From Eubacteriales Family XIII. Incertae Sedis bacterium (GTDB lineage Bacteria > Bacillota > Clostridia > Peptostreptococcales > Anaerovoracaceae): a stretch of DNA of 34,918 bases. The translations under genes were made by a program, and so were the position numbers. The notes under the pieces were generated by a model. The model saw nothing but the letters and a program-made list of their open reading frames with translations. It searched no databases and was not told the DNA's origin. Location of the stretch: the NCBI GenBank assembly GCA_031281765.1, contig JAITEX010000067.1, positions 1 through 34,918 of the forward strand, in the 5' to 3' direction. Of this stretch, positions 34,034 to 34,918 are shown in pieces; position 1 is the stretch's first letter; each line of letters begins with the position of its first letter.

Positions 34034-34093
34034 CTTGACACGTGTTGATAGATGTTGACACGAGTTGATAGATGTTGACACGGGTTGATAGCA
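34034..34093. repeat. 3 x 20-bp tandem repeat (six TTGAYA hexamers in 10-bp phase)
   Basis: cTTGACAcgtgTTGATAgat / gTTGACAcgagTTGATAgat / gTTGACAcgggTTGATAgca. Within their first 19 positions units 2 and 3 differ only at the central nucleotide (T/A/G across the three units). Unit 1 also differs at its first base, and unit 3 ends ...gca instead of ...gat. Confidence 0.85.
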
Positions 34094-34098
34094 GGAAA

Positions 34099-34827
34099 CT
34101 ATCGATTAAGGCTCTCAACAAAAGCTCTTTCTTCTTCTCCAATTTCGCTGTCGTCCATCTTTCTTGTATTTTTTGAAAGCTCGTCAAGAGTAAGGTCTTT
34201 ATCGTTCAGGTTTATTTCGTAAGCTCCGAATTTATCCATATAAATCAATTGAATTGACCTGAAATTATATCGGTCGCCTACTGCGTCTATCAATTGATGT
34301 GCTGTTTCGCTCGCCATATTTTTGCTGTCATCCTCTGAAATCGTCTTATCGCGATTTTGAATGCCCAGTAAATATATTTTTTGCTCAACACTGAGTTTTT
34401 CAAAATCCGGGTTGTAATTATCATCAGCGATTACAAACGTATGAATATACAATTCCTCGGGAAATTCCAAATAGTCATTGGCAAAAGACTCGCAAGCCGC
34501 GGGATAATCCTCATTAAATTTATCCTGAAAATAATTTGTGACATTTTCGTCCGTAATCCGGTTGGCATAAAACTTTAATGTCATCGTTTGAATACCAATC
34601 TTCACTTCCGAGAAATATCCCCTCTCGGGAAAGAAATAATAGGTTCTTTTGATCTCGCTGTCCGCGGAATATACCTCGTGAATGTATTTCTGGATTTCAT
34701 TCTTTGCTATAGCTTTGGAAACAGGGTTTCCGGTAAGAGCGTTTATGACAAATAAAAACGCCGCAATAAAAACAGCGCATACAATCAACCCAACTATACT
34801 CAGCGTCTTTTTAACTTTTCTAACCAT
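34099..34827 (-). CDS. Hypothetical membrane-anchored protein (single N-terminal TM helix), low GC
   Basis: MVRKVKKTLSIVGLIVCAVFIAAFLFVINAL then a hydrophilic 200-aa domain. No family recognised. The ATG overlaps the upstream stop (TAATG). Confidence 0.6.
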   Translation of the reverse strand: MVRKVKKTLSIVGLIVCAVFIAAFLFVINALTGNPVSKAIAKNEIQKYIHEVYSADSEIKRTYYFFPERGYFSEVKIGIQTMTLKFYANRITDENVTNYFQDKFNEDYPAACESFANDYLEFPEELYIHTFVIADDNYNPDFEKLSVEQKIYLLGIQNRDKTISEDDSKNMASETAHQLIDAVGDRYNFRSIQLIYMDKFGAYEINLNDKDLTLDELSKNTRKMDDSEIGEEERAFVESLNR

Positions 34828-34918
34828 TAAATAACAATCTCTAATTTATCGCCTCGGGATTCGGCCAAAATCAGTTCGCCAAGATAATTTGGGCTTTCGC
34901 TCCACAAACCGTTGGCTT
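34827..34918 (-). CDS. 3' end of an unidentified gene (partial, runs off window end)
   Basis: Minus-strand frame open from the window edge (...ANGLWSESPNYLGELILAESRGDKLEIVI*). Its TAA overlaps the next ATG by 1 nt, suggesting an operon. Confidence 0.3.
   Translation of the reverse strand, partial: ANGLWSESPNYLGELILAESRGDKLEIVI

Overview
34.9-kb chromosomal window with Firmicutes/Clostridia-type signals: a perfect CIRCE operator, sigma-A consensus promoters, GGAGG-type RBSs and a lipobox lipoprotein (the taxon is inference). About 33 genes; no rRNA, tRNA, CRISPR array or transposase recognised. Left flank (1-8.3 kb): a GntR regulator, a lower-GC islet with a DUF4143 AAA+ ATPase, clpB behind the CIRCE, a Phd/ParE toxin-antitoxin pair and a VOC/glyoxalase gene. 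It also holds an M24B Xaa-Pro aminopeptidase gene carrying two in-frame copies, plus one 5'-UTR copy, of a ~70-bp nested-palindromic repeat. Centre (8.3-22.9 kb), the standout: an apparently uncharacterised nitrogenase-like (NFL) supercluster. Its units are a NifX-domain::GNAT fusion + polar amino-acid ABC importer + NifD/K-like pair 1; a TetR regulator; a NifH-like ATPase; a divergent NifD/K-like pair 2 + MATE exporter; a NifB-like radical SAM + NifX-like gene; and YezD (59 aa, missed by the ORF track). The five non-TetR transcription units each start with a near-perfect consensus promoter. Four are followed by the same 19-bp AT palindrome (ACATATATA-N-TATATATGT) and the fifth by a degenerate copy, which suggests one tightly repressed regulon. 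Right flank (22.9-34.9 kb): MarR + heterodimeric ABC exporter, split convergent coaC/coaB, M50 protease, DUF815 ATPase, glyA, a CYTH protein, an Asp/Glu racemase with an upstream 3 x 20-bp tandem repeat, and a low-GC membrane-anchored hypothetical.
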